A stretch of DNA of 64,000 bases from a virus. Numbering within the stretch: the first letter of the stretch is position 1; each line of letters starts with the position of its first letter. Shown here one piece after another: positions 50,641 to 59,498 of the stretch. The position numbers and the translations under genes were made by a program. The stretch lies in the IMG/VR virus record IMGVR_UViG_3300043464_001679, positions 14,840 through 78,839 of that record. One strand, 5' to 3'. The notes beneath the pieces are model-generated. The model saw nothing but the letters and a program-made list of their open reading frames with translations. It searched no databases and had not been told where the DNA came from.

Positions 50641-51036
50641 ATGGGAGTTCCAAAAAATTATCATAAAACTGTGAATCTACCTAAAATAGTAGAAGCTCTA
50701 GAAGATTTAAATTTTTACGAATTTAAATACACCGTAGTATTAACTGAATCATACAATAAAAATTTACGTGACGCTGAGCTTTTAGGTCATATAATTGAAA
50801 CTGATTTAAATGTTATGTTTAGAAAAGGTGATAGGACTTTTAATTGTATGAAAAGTTTTAGTGCTGTTGATGATGAAACAGCTAATAATAAAATAACTGA
50901 ATGGTTAGATTCTAAAATAAATAAAGGTGAAATTTCTTCCTATGTTATAGATAGTATGAAATTTAATACCTTTTATGAAGAGTTAGAGGAAAGAAATTTA
51001 GATAAATTATTTGTAAAAGAAAAAGGGACTCTGTAA
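50641..51036 (+). CDS. Hypothetical protein
   Basis: 131 aa. Confidence 0.6.
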   Translation: MGVPKNYHKTVNLPKIVEALEDLNFYEFKYTVVLTESYNKNLRDAELLGHIIETDLNVMFRKGDRTFNCMKSFSAVDDETANNKITEWLDSKINKGEISSYVIDSMKFNTFYEELEERNLDKLFVKEKGTL

Positions 51037-51048
51037 AGTCCCTTTTTT
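51020..51048. terminator. Bidirectional terminator
   Basis: AAAAAGGGACT-CTGTAA-AGTCCCTTTTT between convergent genes. Confidence 0.75.
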
Positions 51049-51388
51049 AATCTTCATTAAACGCTCTTTCACACATTTCTTGAAAGGTATGTATAAGCCA
51101 AACCCCACCTGTTGATAATAACCCGTTCAAAAAAGTCATTAAAAATAAATTCGTGATGCCTAATGAACCAACAGGAGTTAACTCACCATAACCAAAAGAA
51201 GACATGATTAAGGATAGAGCAAAACCCATCCAAGTACCCAAACACATAAAACAGGTAAATAGTTTGTGAAAACTATACCCACCAGTCCCCATTTTGGATA
51301 AAAAGTTTCTCCAACCCTCAAAAATGGAACCATATATCAAATTATTACAGGCTCCATATGAAATTAAAATAAATAAAAGTGTGTTCAT
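51047..51388 (-). CDS. DUF1360-like membrane protein
   Basis: LFTCFMCLGTW, three TM segments. Confidence 0.65.
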   Translation of the reverse strand: MNTLLFILISYGACNNLIYGSIFEGWRNFLSKMGTGGYSFHKLFTCFMCLGTWMGFALSLIMSSFGYGELTPVGSLGITNLFLMTFLNGLLSTGGVWLIHTFQEMCERAFNED

Positions 51389-51434
51389 ATATAGATTGTT
51401 TTATATTTATAAGTATAGTATATTTTATATCATA

Positions 51435-51929
51435 ATGAAAGAGTCTGTAGGAATTTTAATTATAGCGAGAGATACAAATAACTTTCTTTTGTTACATAGA
51501 GCAGAAAGGCCGATTGTGTGGTCTATTTTAACTGGTACTATGGATGTTGAGGGTGAAACTCCTTTAGAATGTGTAAAAAGAGAAATAAGAGAAGAAATAA
51601 ACATAAACCCCAATAGAGTAAAAGATATACAAGAATTAGGTGTTGTTGATAATGATAGAGGTATTTTCCACGTTTTTATTGGTTATACAGATACAGAGTT
51701 AGATTTGAATCTAAAAATGGATGAAAATGATGACTATATGTGGACTGGTAACAATAATTTACCAAGACCTATACATAAAGGTTGGGGTAAAACTTTTCAA
51801 TTAGTAGAACCTATATTAAATTTAAATGAGTCTATTAAAAAAAATTTAAAAAAATTTTTATATGAACAGAGAAGAGTGGGAAGTAGAGCAAGAAAAGAGA
51901 AAAATATTACAGGACGCTTTAATTACTGA
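51435..51929 (+). CDS. Nudix hydrolase
   Basis: G..GETPLECVKREIREE Nudix box; start reassigned to ATG 51435. Confidence 0.8.
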   Translation: MKESVGILIIARDTNNFLLLHRAERPIVWSILTGTMDVEGETPLECVKREIREEININPNRVKDIQELGVVDNDRGIFHVFIGYTDTELDLNLKMDENDDYMWTGNNNLPRPIHKGWGKTFQLVEPILNLNESIKKNLKKFLYEQRRVGSRARKEKNITGRFNY

Positions 51930-52059
51930 AATTAAAAAAAATAAATTCATTGAAGAAATACAGAATGGTTTGGGTGAATCAATATTAAAAGAACCTAATA
52001 AAGTACAAAAAAAACCTTCTTTATTTTCCAAATTCAAAAAATTATTAGGATGGAATTAA
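51862..52059 (+). CDS. Hypothetical protein
   Basis: 65 aa. Confidence 0.55.
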   Translation: MNREEWEVEQEKRKILQDALITEIKKNKFIEEIQNGLGESILKEPNKVQKKPSLFSKFKKLLGWN

Positions 52060-52286
52060 AAAGTTTTGTTGATTTTGCCTATTCAATGGCAAACATGGAA
52101 GAAGTTAAAAGTGGTAAATTTATTTTACCTAAAGAATTAGTTTTTGATTTGAATAAAAATTTACATACAGAAGTACATAAAGAAATTCAAAGAGAAAAAA
52201 ACCAAAACAGTAATATTGATTTAAACCAAGAGTTTGAAGTGGAGATTTTTGGTATAAATTTTAAATTTATCAAAAATGAGTCTTAA
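52050..52286 (+). CDS. Hypothetical protein
   Basis: 78 aa. Confidence 0.55.
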   Translation: MELKSFVDFAYSMANMEEVKSGKFILPKELVFDLNKNLHTEVHKEIQREKNQNSNIDLNQEFEVEIFGINFKFIKNES

Positions 52287-52320
52287 ATCCTATTTAAACG
52301 AAAATCTTATTGGGATATAA
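52276..52320 (+). pseudogene. Relic 5' stub of the RNase HII gene
   Basis: MSLKSYLNENLIGI* overlapping the upstream stop; resembles a Bacteroidota RNase HII N-terminus. Confidence 0.55.
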
Positions 52321-52388
52321 TTTTTAAGTAAAAAATCAGTTAGACGAACTTTGGGGTGGTAATCACGTATTTATATATAAAACTTTTT

Positions 52389-53084
52389 ATGTATAAAATA
52401 TATGTGTTAAAAGATGTTGAAAATTCTATAAGATATGTTGGTATAACAAAAAACGAATTAAATATTAGGTTAAACGCTCATATAACTAAATCTAAAACAA
52501 AAGCTGATTCTACACATAAATCTAATTGGATTAGATCTTTGTTAAACGAAAATAAAAAACCCATAATAGAAAAAATTGAATGTGTTGAAACAGAGAAAGA
52601 GGCTTTAGAAAAAGAAATTTTTTGGATCAGATTTTTTAAAGAAAAGGGTTGTAAATTAACTAATATTACAAATGGGGGTGACGCTTCAAATATGAATGAT
52701 TATATTAGAAATAAATTATCGTTAATACAAAAGGAAAATTACAAGAATGGCTTTATTAACCCAATGAAAGGTAAAAAAAGACCAGATTTATTAATAAGAA
52801 ATTTAACAAACCACCCGACAAAAGATAAAAAAGTTAGAGATAAAATTTCTTCTTCACTAAAAGAAAGGTACTCTAATAAAGAAATTAGACAATTAGCAAG
52901 ACTGAGTCAAAAAACAAGAAAAGAAGTGTTACAAAAAACATTAAACAATGAAATTGTAAAAAAATGGGATTCACTATCACAAATTTATAGTGAATTAAAT
53001 TATGATAGGTCAACAATAACTAAGGTTTGTAAAGGTAAAAGTAAAACAGCTTATGGGTATAAATGGGAGTATGTTAAAAAGTGA
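52389..53084 (+). CDS. Free-standing GIY-YIG homing endonuclease with NUMOD1-like C-terminus
   Basis: KIYVL..RYVGIT..RLNAH; C-term ITKVCKGKSKTAYGYKW; start ATG 52389. Confidence 0.85.
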   Translation: MYKIYVLKDVENSIRYVGITKNELNIRLNAHITKSKTKADSTHKSNWIRSLLNENKKPIIEKIECVETEKEALEKEIFWIRFFKEKGCKLTNITNGGDASNMNDYIRNKLSLIQKENYKNGFINPMKGKKRPDLLIRNLTNHPTKDKKVRDKISSSLKERYSNKEIRQLARLSQKTRKEVLQKTLNNEIVKKWDSLSQIYSELNYDRSTITKVCKGKSKTAYGYKWEYVKK

Positions 53085-53664
53085 TATAGAAATATCAAAT
53101 GGTTTTGTGGCCGCATTAGATGAAGCCGGAAGAGGTTCATTAGCTGGACCTGTTTTTGCTGCAGCCGTAATCCTACCTAAAGACTTTAATTCAGAATTAA
53201 TTAAAGACTCAAAAAAATTATCTGAAAAAAAGAGACAAAAGGCTTTAAAAGAAATTGAAGAAAACGCTTTAGCTTGGTCTGTCCAGTTGGTTGACGTGGA
53301 AGATATTGATAAATACAATATTCAGAATGCTACTTTCGGTGCAATGAATAAAGCTATAGGTGAGTTATCTGTTAAACCTGAACATATTTTAGTTGATGGT
53401 AATGTTTTTGAATCTTACGATGACATACCTTTTACGTGTGTAATAAAAGGTGATAACGAATATCTATCTATAGCGGCAGCATCAATAGTAGCTAAAGTTT
53501 ATAGAGATGAATACATGAATTTATTAGATGAAAAATTTCCTGGATATGGATGGAAAAAAAATAAAGGGTATGGTAGTAAGGGTCATATAGATGTTATTAA
53601 AGAGGATGGTATGACCAAATACCACAGAAAAACTTTTCTAAAGAAAATACTTACACATGCTTAA
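53071..53664 (+). CDS. rnhB: Ribonuclease HII
   Basis: DEAGRG, DSKKL, LVDGN, KGD..SIAAASIVAK, NKGYG. Confidence 0.93.
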   Translation: MLKSDIEISNGFVAALDEAGRGSLAGPVFAAAVILPKDFNSELIKDSKKLSEKKRQKALKEIEENALAWSVQLVDVEDIDKYNIQNATFGAMNKAIGELSVKPEHILVDGNVFESYDDIPFTCVIKGDNEYLSIAAASIVAKVYRDEYMNLLDEKFPGYGWKKNKGYGSKGHIDVIKEDGMTKYHRKTFLKKILTHA

Positions 53665-53863
53665 TGAAATAAAACATTACATTAAAACAATAAGAAAAAG
53701 AATAAAAGATTTGGTACCAGAGGAAGAATTGGAACCAATAATGTCTGAAGTTTCTGAGATTGTTTTAAAAAATTGGGTTGACGAGGAAGATTATAGAATG
53801 TCCAAAACCCAAATAATGTCTTTGGTAAGAAAACATATAGCAAAAAAATATAGACAAAATTAA
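53657..53863 (+). CDS. Hypothetical protein
   Basis: 68 aa, coupled. Confidence 0.55.
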   Translation: MLNEIKHYIKTIRKRIKDLVPEEELEPIMSEVSEIVLKNWVDEEDYRMSKTQIMSLVRKHIAKKYRQN

Positions 53864-54501
53864 CGACTACAATTTCTATAAAGTCTGTTATATCCCACAC
53901 CTGTTTGTTCGTGTATTTTTTTATACCACTCCTTTTTATTTTGTTTAGGGACAGAGCCAAAAAATATTATATTTTTAACTTTATTATCATAACAATGAAC
54001 TCTTATCTTGTTATATAATCTAACAGCTTCATTAACATCTTTGCAGGTAATCATATTTAAAGTAATACCCTCTACCACTATTTTATTATTCAATATAACT
54101 ACTTGTTTAGGGTTTTTATCACTTAATTTACTCAATAAAACATAATTAATTATTTCTTGTAGATTAAGTTTACGATTAGCACCAGTAACAGAAAATTGTT
54201 CTTCCATATTATACTCAGAACGACCAAGAACAACCCAATCAGAGTCTTCAGTAAAAGTTTCTAGTAATTTACCATATTTATCCCTTATAGTAATACCCTT
54301 ATCACCATCACCTCTTTTTTTAAGAAGTAATACATGATAATTAACCTCGGTTAAAACTTTATTTTTATAGACTTGTTTTTTTGGAAATAATATCTCTTTA
54401 TTACTAACATTGGTAAAACGATACAATGCATCATACTCACGATTGTAAGTATAAAGTATTTTGATTTTTTTGTCGTTTTCTGTTAAAATTATTTGATACA
54501 T
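53860..54501 (-). CDS. Hypothetical protein (minus strand; track label + is wrong)
   Basis: Reverse complement from 54501 reads ATG TAT CAA ATA ATT TTA ACA = MYQIILT. Confidence 0.75.
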   Translation of the reverse strand: MYQIILTENDKKIKILYTYNREYDALYRFTNVSNKEILFPKKQVYKNKVLTEVNYHVLLLKKRGDGDKGITIRDKYGKLLETFTEDSDWVVLGRSEYNMEEQFSVTGANRKLNLQEIINYVLLSKLSDKNPKQVVILNNKIVVEGITLNMITCKDVNEAVRLYNKIRVHCYDNKVKNIIFFGSVPKQNKKEWYKKIHEQTGVGYNRLYRNCSR

Positions 54502-54554
54502 ATTTTAATATTACATAGATTTACATTAAATGTCCACACTATTATAATTAACAA

Positions 54555-55505
54555 ATGAAGGAATATTACAAAATTTTAGGGTTAAATGAGGGGGCCAGTG
54601 ATGATGAAATAAAAAAGGCCTATCGTAAGATGTCTAAAAAATATCACCCCGACCTAAATCCTAATAATACTGAAGCTGAGGAAAAATTTAAACAGGTAGT
54701 AGAAGCATATGAAATTTTAACAGGAAAACAAAAACCGAAAAACCAAGGAGACCCTTTTGGTGGGTTCAATCCTTTTGGTGGGTTCAATCCTTTTCAAAGA
54801 GGTAATGCTAAAGCAAAACCTTTAAAATTAATAATAGAAGTTGATTTAGAAGAGGCTTATTATGGTACAAATAAAGTAATAAATTTCCAAGTTACAGACC
54901 CATGTAATAAATGTAATGGTGAAGGTGGCTTTGAACCACAAACTTGTAATCAATGTGGTGGTAATGGGTATATAGCACAAGGACCTTTTATGTTTGGTTG
55001 TAATAATTGTGGTGGTAATGGTAAACTATTTAAATCTGTGTGTTATACCTGTAATGGTAATGGGTTAATTAATGGAGTTAAAAATATAGAGGCTAACATA
55101 CCCAAAGGTACTACTCAGGATAGTTTATTTATTCAACCTAATATGGGTAATTGGTCAAAGGGTGTTGGTAGAGGAGATGTTTATTTTGTTATTAAAATTA
55201 AACCTCATCAAATCTATGAATTAGACGGTTTAAACCTAAGAAGAAAATTAGATATACCAGTTTTAGATATATTATTGGGGGTTGAATCAGAATTTGAGAC
55301 TTTGGATGGTTCTGTGAAAATTAAAATCCCTAAATTATCTGAAATAAATAAAACATTTAGATTAAAAGGTAAGGGTTTTATTGATGGGTCCACAAATATT
55401 ATAGGTGATTTATATGTAACCCTAAACCCAATTATACCTAAAGAAATTAATGAGTTAGAAGAGGTTAAAATAAAAGAATTAAAAGAAATGCCTAACTTTA
55501 ATTAA
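54555..55505 (+). CDS. dnaJ: DnaJ chaperone
   Basis: J domain with HPD, G/F region, four CxxCxGxG repeats, C-terminal domain. Confidence 0.92.
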   Translation: MKEYYKILGLNEGASDDEIKKAYRKMSKKYHPDLNPNNTEAEEKFKQVVEAYEILTGKQKPKNQGDPFGGFNPFGGFNPFQRGNAKAKPLKLIIEVDLEEAYYGTNKVINFQVTDPCNKCNGEGGFEPQTCNQCGGNGYIAQGPFMFGCNNCGGNGKLFKSVCYTCNGNGLINGVKNIEANIPKGTTQDSLFIQPNMGNWSKGVGRGDVYFVIKIKPHQIYELDGLNLRRKLDIPVLDILLGVESEFETLDGSVKIKIPKLSEINKTFRLKGKGFIDGSTNIIGDLYVTLNPIIPKEINELEEVKIKELKEMPNFN

Positions 55506-55528
55506 GGATATTTATTAATAAAATATTA

Positions 55529-56728
55529 ATGAAAAAACAATTAATAAATGAAATAATGGGTGTGCCAAAAGTTCTTGACCCGTGGGTTAGAGCTTTCACT
55601 GAAATTATGTTAGATATTGTTGAGGAAGTATCTGAATTAGGTTGGGAACAAAGGGGTGAAATAAATTACAATGACCCTGACACTGGTGAAGAAATAGAAG
55701 CCGAAATATTTAAAACAGAAAATATATCTTTATCAGGTAAAGTATTCATGGAAGAAATAATGAAAAAGATGGGTTTTAATGATATACAAGAGTTTATCAA
55801 ATCCCAAAATTTTCAAGAGCTACCAATATGGAGACCAACATTAAATGTTTCTATTGTAGCAGTACCATCAGCAATTTTAAGTAAAGAAGAAAGTACCATT
55901 CAAGCGTCTGTAAGTTTAGATTTAGATAAAGGATTTTCTAATTTAGGTAAGGCAAAAGTTGTATCCGAAATGGTTTTTAACTTTAATTTAGTTGTAGAGT
56001 TAGAGGGTGTTTCTGAGAAAGACATTACTGAATTAGAAGAGGCGGTGTCACACGAATTATTACATGCTTACCAAAAGATAAAACAATTAAAAGGTGGTGG
56101 TTCTAGTCATTTTGGTCGTGAAACCGCTTTAAACGCTTTAAGTAACAACCCACATTTTAGTGAAATAAATATTGATTGGTGGTCAGAATTTTTAAATTTA
56201 GTTTATTTACACCTATCTTTTGAAATAAACGCTAGGATAAATCAGTTATACTATAGATTAAAAAGAAAAAACATTAATAATACTGAAGATTTTTTACGTG
56301 AACTACATAAGAGTTATTTATGGGAACAAATGAAAAAACTAGAGAATTTTAATGCTGAAGAGTTTATTAATAAATTTGAAGTCCCTGAAGAGGAAATGGA
56401 TTTTTCTAATCCATTAGCTATGTTACATAGTTTAATACATGGTTCACGTTTTAAATCTTTGGGTGTAGATACCAGTTCAAAAGAAGAAGCAATTAAATCA
56501 CTTATCGACCTTTGGGATAATATATTATCAGTAGGTGTTAGAGCTATGGGTAACATGGGTGCTAACATAACAATGGATAATGTACCACAAAAAGCTAAAG
56601 AAGACCCTTATGTATTTTTTAAATTTTTTGAAAATAGATTCCATAAAAAGGCTGAGACTTGGAAAAAGAAAATGTATAGAATTGGTGCTTTAATTTTACA
56701 AGAAAAAAATGATAGCACTTTACAATGA
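55529..56728 (+). CDS. HExxH metallopeptidase-like protein, putative head-packaged
   Basis: SHELLHAY ... EINAR; N-term MKKQLINE; ATATTTAT upstream. Confidence 0.55.
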   Translation: MKKQLINEIMGVPKVLDPWVRAFTEIMLDIVEEVSELGWEQRGEINYNDPDTGEEIEAEIFKTENISLSGKVFMEEIMKKMGFNDIQEFIKSQNFQELPIWRPTLNVSIVAVPSAILSKEESTIQASVSLDLDKGFSNLGKAKVVSEMVFNFNLVVELEGVSEKDITELEEAVSHELLHAYQKIKQLKGGGSSHFGRETALNALSNNPHFSEINIDWWSEFLNLVYLHLSFEINARINQLYYRLKRKNINNTEDFLRELHKSYLWEQMKKLENFNAEEFINKFEVPEEEMDFSNPLAMLHSLIHGSRFKSLGVDTSSKEEAIKSLIDLWDNILSVGVRAMGNMGANITMDNVPQKAKEDPYVFFKFFENRFHKKAETWKKKMYRIGALILQEKNDSTLQ

Positions 56729-56778
56729 TAAAAATTAAAAGTATCATTGTTTAAATAATTAGAAAAAAAATAAATAAA

Positions 56779-57192
56779 ATGATTAAAGAAGGTAGCAAAG
56801 TAAAAGTACACTACACAGGTAGATTTGAGGATAATAATGTTTTTGATTCATCTGAAGGTAGAGAACCAATTGAATTTACAGTTGGTGAGGGAATGTTAAT
56901 TCCTGGTTTTGAACAAGGTGTTATGGGTTTACAGGCAGGTGATAAAAAAACTGTTGAGTTGGAACCTGAAAATGCTTACGGAGAAGTTAGAGAAGAATTA
57001 ATTAATCAAGTACCATTGGATAGATTACCAGAGGGGGTACAAGAAGGCCAAATGTTGGAAGCACAAACAGAAGCAGGACCAATACCTGTTCTTGTTACAG
57101 AAATTACCGATACAACTGTTACTGTTGACGCTAACCACCCATTAGCTGGTAAAAAATTAATTTTTGATTTAGAGATTGTTGAAATAGTCTAA
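56779..57192 (+). CDS. FKBP-type peptidyl-prolyl isomerase (SlyD/SlpA-like)
   Basis: VHYTG..FDSS, IPGFE, VDANHPLAGKKLIF. Confidence 0.92.
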   Translation: MIKEGSKVKVHYTGRFEDNNVFDSSEGREPIEFTVGEGMLIPGFEQGVMGLQAGDKKTVELEPENAYGEVREELINQVPLDRLPEGVQEGQMLEAQTEAGPIPVLVTEITDTTVTVDANHPLAGKKLIFDLEIVEIV

Positions 57193-57215
57193 TTTTAAAA
57201 AATCATAAAAAAATT

Positions 57216-57246
57216 AATCCCATATGTTATCATGTGGGATTTTTTT
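57216..57246 (+). terminator. Intrinsic terminator
   Basis: AATCCCATATG-TTAT-CATGTGGGATT plus T run. Confidence 0.7.
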
Positions 57247-57260
57247 ATATCTTTGTATCT

Positions 57261-57488
57261 ATGTGGACAGCTAAAGAAACAACAAGAGAGTACAAGGGAA
57301 TCACCATTACGAAGTATGAAGGATCTAAAGTTAAAGAATCCTTCAAAAATAGAGATCCACGTACAATACAAAAAGACGATAACAGATTCACCAAATGGTA
57401 TCTATATGAAACTATTGTTAATGGTGTTAAATATAATTCAGAAAAGTTGAGAGATGTAAAAGATTTCATTGATACTCAAACAAAATGA
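57261..57488 (+). CDS. Hypothetical protein
   Basis: ATG 57261 (MWTAKE) just after TATCTTTG 57248-57255. Confidence 0.6.
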   Translation: MWTAKETTREYKGITITKYEGSKVKESFKNRDPRTIQKDDNRFTKWYLYETIVNGVKYNSEKLRDVKDFIDTQTK

Positions 57489-57679
57489 AAAAACCTTGTA
57501 AAGAATGTCCCCACTTTATTCGTAATCGTCACAACGATACTATTGTTGATTTTGCTGAAAGAACTGGTAAGAAACACAATTGTCATATGACGGAAGGAAA
57601 AAAAGATTTGTGGAATGTTAAAGATGAAAAATTAGAATGTTATGGAAGTAATAGACACAGCAACAAAACTAACCAGTGA
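57485..57679 (+). CDS. Small Cys/His zinc-binding protein
   Basis: PCKECP..HNCHM..C. Confidence 0.6.
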   Translation: MKKPCKECPHFIRNRHNDTIVDFAERTGKKHNCHMTEGKKDLWNVKDEKLECYGSNRHSNKTNQ

Positions 57680-57737
57680 TAAAATTACAAGGTTTGTTGA
57701 AAGATTGAAAAAAATTAAAATTAATATAAGATTATGA
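57642..57737 (+). pseudogene. Truncated paralog of the 59812 gene
   Basis: MEVIDTATKLTSDKITRFVERLKKIKINIRL* versus METKDTATDKSMEKLKVFVDRLNKIGIEVKL. Confidence 0.6.
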
Positions 57738-57919
57738 AAAGATTACACGTAAAATTTATCAAATGGTTGTCCAATAAATTTGGTTATAAAATTGTGATGT
57801 TAAAAGGTAAAAATGGTACAACCACCATCGAAGGAGACCGAGAAATATTACCTTATGTGGATATAACAGGATACTTTTTCAAAAAAGAACCACTTAGACG
57901 TAATGTTGGAAAAAATTGA
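57734..57919 (+). CDS. Hypothetical protein
   Basis: 61 aa. Confidence 0.5.
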   Translation: MKRLHVKFIKWLSNKFGYKIVMLKGKNGTTTIEGDREILPYVDITGYFFKKEPLRRNVGKN

Positions 57920-57922
57920 ATA

Positions 57923-57970
57923 TAACGTCCGATGATAAACAATCGTTTTAATGTTGTTTATCATTTGTTA
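57923..57970 (-). repeat. attC-like site A
   Basis: TAAC GTCCG ATGATAAACAA TCGTTTTAATG TTGTTTATCAT TT GTTA. Confidence 0.8.
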
Positions 57971-58037
57971 TAACCAGTATTTTTGTGGGATGGTTGATAA
58001 ATTAGAAATAAATTAGTATATTTGTGAAAAAGTAAAT

Positions 58038-58250
58038 ATGGATAATAGAAATAAAGTGCATTGTTTAGTATATGATTATACTGGTGACACTAATAATGTT
58101 TATGTAAGAGTTTCAAAAGTTTATGAAGTAGATGAAAATGTTTATGTTAAAATACAGAAACCTGTTGTGAATAAAGGTTTACTTCAATATCAACATAGAG
58201 ATTTATGTGGTACTGGTTGGGATGAGGGTGAAAAAAAATATTGTGTATAA
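58038..58250 (+). CDS. Cassette 1 hypothetical protein
   Basis: 70 aa; own TATATTTG promoter at 58017; stop is the TAA of site B. Confidence 0.6.
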   Translation: MDNRNKVHCLVYDYTGDTNNVYVRVSKVYEVDENVYVKIQKPVVNKGLLQYQHRDLCGTGWDEGEKKYCV

Positions 58251-58371
58251 CGGTTTGCAGCTAAACGAGGTGGCGTTTTTCACTACAAAATATTATTAAA
58301 AACACAAATTATGAATACAAAAAAAAAGTTATTAGAAAACGAAAACGAGCCATCTTGTTTAGGTGCTGTTA
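58248..58371 (-). repeat. attC-like site B (long loop)
   Basis: TAAC GGTTT GCAGCTAAACGAGGTGGC ... GCCATCTTGTTTAGGTGC T GTTA. Confidence 0.75.
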
Positions 58372-58544
58372 GCGGTAGTGATTTAGAAAAGGCTGATATG
58401 TGGTATTGCTTACATAAAAACCACGTAAACAAGTTGTTTAATAGCACTAAAAACGAATACCCACCAACCGAATTAGAAGATGTTAAAAACCCTAACCTAT
58501 GGAAAGCAGAGCATTGGAGATGGTTTCTAAATAATTACCGCTAA
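58311..58544 (+). CDS. Cassette 2 hypothetical protein (starts inside site B)
   Basis: 77 aa; EPSCLGAVSGS is encoded by the hairpin arm; stop is the TAA of site C. Confidence 0.6.
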   Translation: MNTKKKLLENENEPSCLGAVSGSDLEKADMWYCLHKNHVNKLFNSTKNEYPPTELEDVKNPNLWKAEHWRWFLNNYR

Positions 58545-58589
58545 CGGTTGAGTGTAAAAAATCGTTTTAATGTTTTTTACACTTTGTTA
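58542..58589 (-). repeat. attC-like site C
   Basis: TAAC GGTTG AGTGTAAAAAA TCGTTTTAATG TTTTTTACACT TT GTTA. Confidence 0.8.
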
Positions 58590-58633
58590 TACACAGTCAA
58601 AAATTATTTATAAACAAATTAAAATCACTTGAT

Positions 58634-58828
58634 ATGGAAATTACAAAAGAAATGATTGAAAAGGAACTTGGATATGAGATTAATAAATTCAAGTTAGAAC
58701 CACTTTATAAAGATGGTGAATGTATTGGATTAAATGTTAAAGTTGAACCGAAGAAGAAACTTGAATTTATTAATACTACGATAACTATTGGTAAAACAAG
58801 TGATTTTAATACCGATGAAAAAGAATAA
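58634..58828 (+). CDS. Cassette 3 hypothetical protein
   Basis: 64 aa. Confidence 0.6.
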   Translation: MEITKEMIEKELGYEINKFKLEPLYKDGECIGLNVKVEPKKKLEFINTTITIGKTSDFNTDEKE

Positions 58829-58842
58829 TTTTTTATTGTGTA

Positions 58843-58890
58843 TAACGTCTGATGATAAACAATCGTTTTAATGTTGTTTATCATTTGTTA
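58843..58890 (-). repeat. attC-like site D
   Basis: Identical to site A except one base (GTCTG vs GTCCG). Confidence 0.8.
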
Positions 58891-58939
58891 TGTGTAGGTG
58901 TGAATATTAAATCTTAATATTTATATATAAAAGAAAATA

Positions 58940-59350
58940 ATGAAAGATTTGAGACATTTTATTAAAACCACAATTCGAGAATTCTTGAATGAGGATACTA
59001 ATAAGTTTGATTTTATTATAGGTAAAAAATATGAATTTGAAGATTTACCTAAAAAAATTCAGAATGATATTGAAATACAATTCGATGAATATTCCGAATT
59101 ACAACCAATGGATTATTACTATGTTTGTAAAATATTAAAACCAGAAGAAATCGAAGAATATTTAATGAGTGTTTTTGGTGAATATGAAATAGGTGATGTT
59201 TTGGAAGAACCATATATGAAAAAACTAATTAAAGATATTAAAAGAAACGGATTAGACTACCCATCTGTTGGTATAGAAGGTAATCATAGAGCTTTAGCTC
59301 ATTGGTATTTAGGTAGAGATTTACCTTATCTTGAAATGATTGAAAGATAA
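58940..59350 (+). CDS. Cassette 4 ParB/sulfiredoxin-like domain protein
   Basis: LIKDIKRNGLDYPSVGIEGNHRALA..LG; N-term IKTTIREFLNE; ATATTTAT at 58917. Confidence 0.6.
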   Translation: MKDLRHFIKTTIREFLNEDTNKFDFIIGKKYEFEDLPKKIQNDIEIQFDEYSELQPMDYYYVCKILKPEEIEEYLMSVFGEYEIGDVLEEPYMKKLIKDIKRNGLDYPSVGIEGNHRALAHWYLGRDLPYLEMIER

Positions 59351-59366
59351 GCGGAACACTTACACA

Positions 59367-59455
59367 TAACGGTTGGGTGTATATGTAGTTTTTTATTTGG
59401 AAATGTCAAAACTTATTCGTACCTTTGTAAAAAAAATTACATATACACCTTGTTA
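59367..59455 (-). repeat. attC-like site E, with a promoter in its loop
   Basis: TAAC GGTTG GGTGTATATGTA ... TACATATACACC TT GTTA. Confidence 0.8.
59396..59427 (+). promoter_or_regulatory. Bacteroidota -33/-7 promoter inside site E
   Basis: TTTG-20 nt-TACCTTTG. Confidence 0.7.
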
Positions 59456-59498
59456 TAAGTATGTATTATTTTTGTTTTACCTTATAAAAAATTAAATT

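Noticed and set aside
51294-51434. Long N-terminal extension of the Nudix ORF
   Set aside because: It overlaps the divergent 51047-51388 gene; ATG 51435 follows the promoter motif and fits the domain start.
52276-53100. Group I intron in rnhB (likewise at 19255-20170)
   Set aside because: Under about 70 nt flank the HEG ORFs, too little for an intron core, and the downstream genes have their own complete N-termini.
53860-54501. ORF track lists this 213-aa ORF on the + strand
   Set aside because: The given peptide MYQIILT... is only obtained from the reverse complement starting at 54501; annotated as minus.
54753-54794. 18-bp tandem repeat in dnaJ
   Set aside because: Encodes the ordinary PFGGFN G/F linker.
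57923-59455. Hairpins as simple intrinsic terminators
   Set aside because: They lack a proper U-tract, keep fixed TAAC/GTTA ends, and one contains a start codon and another a promoter.
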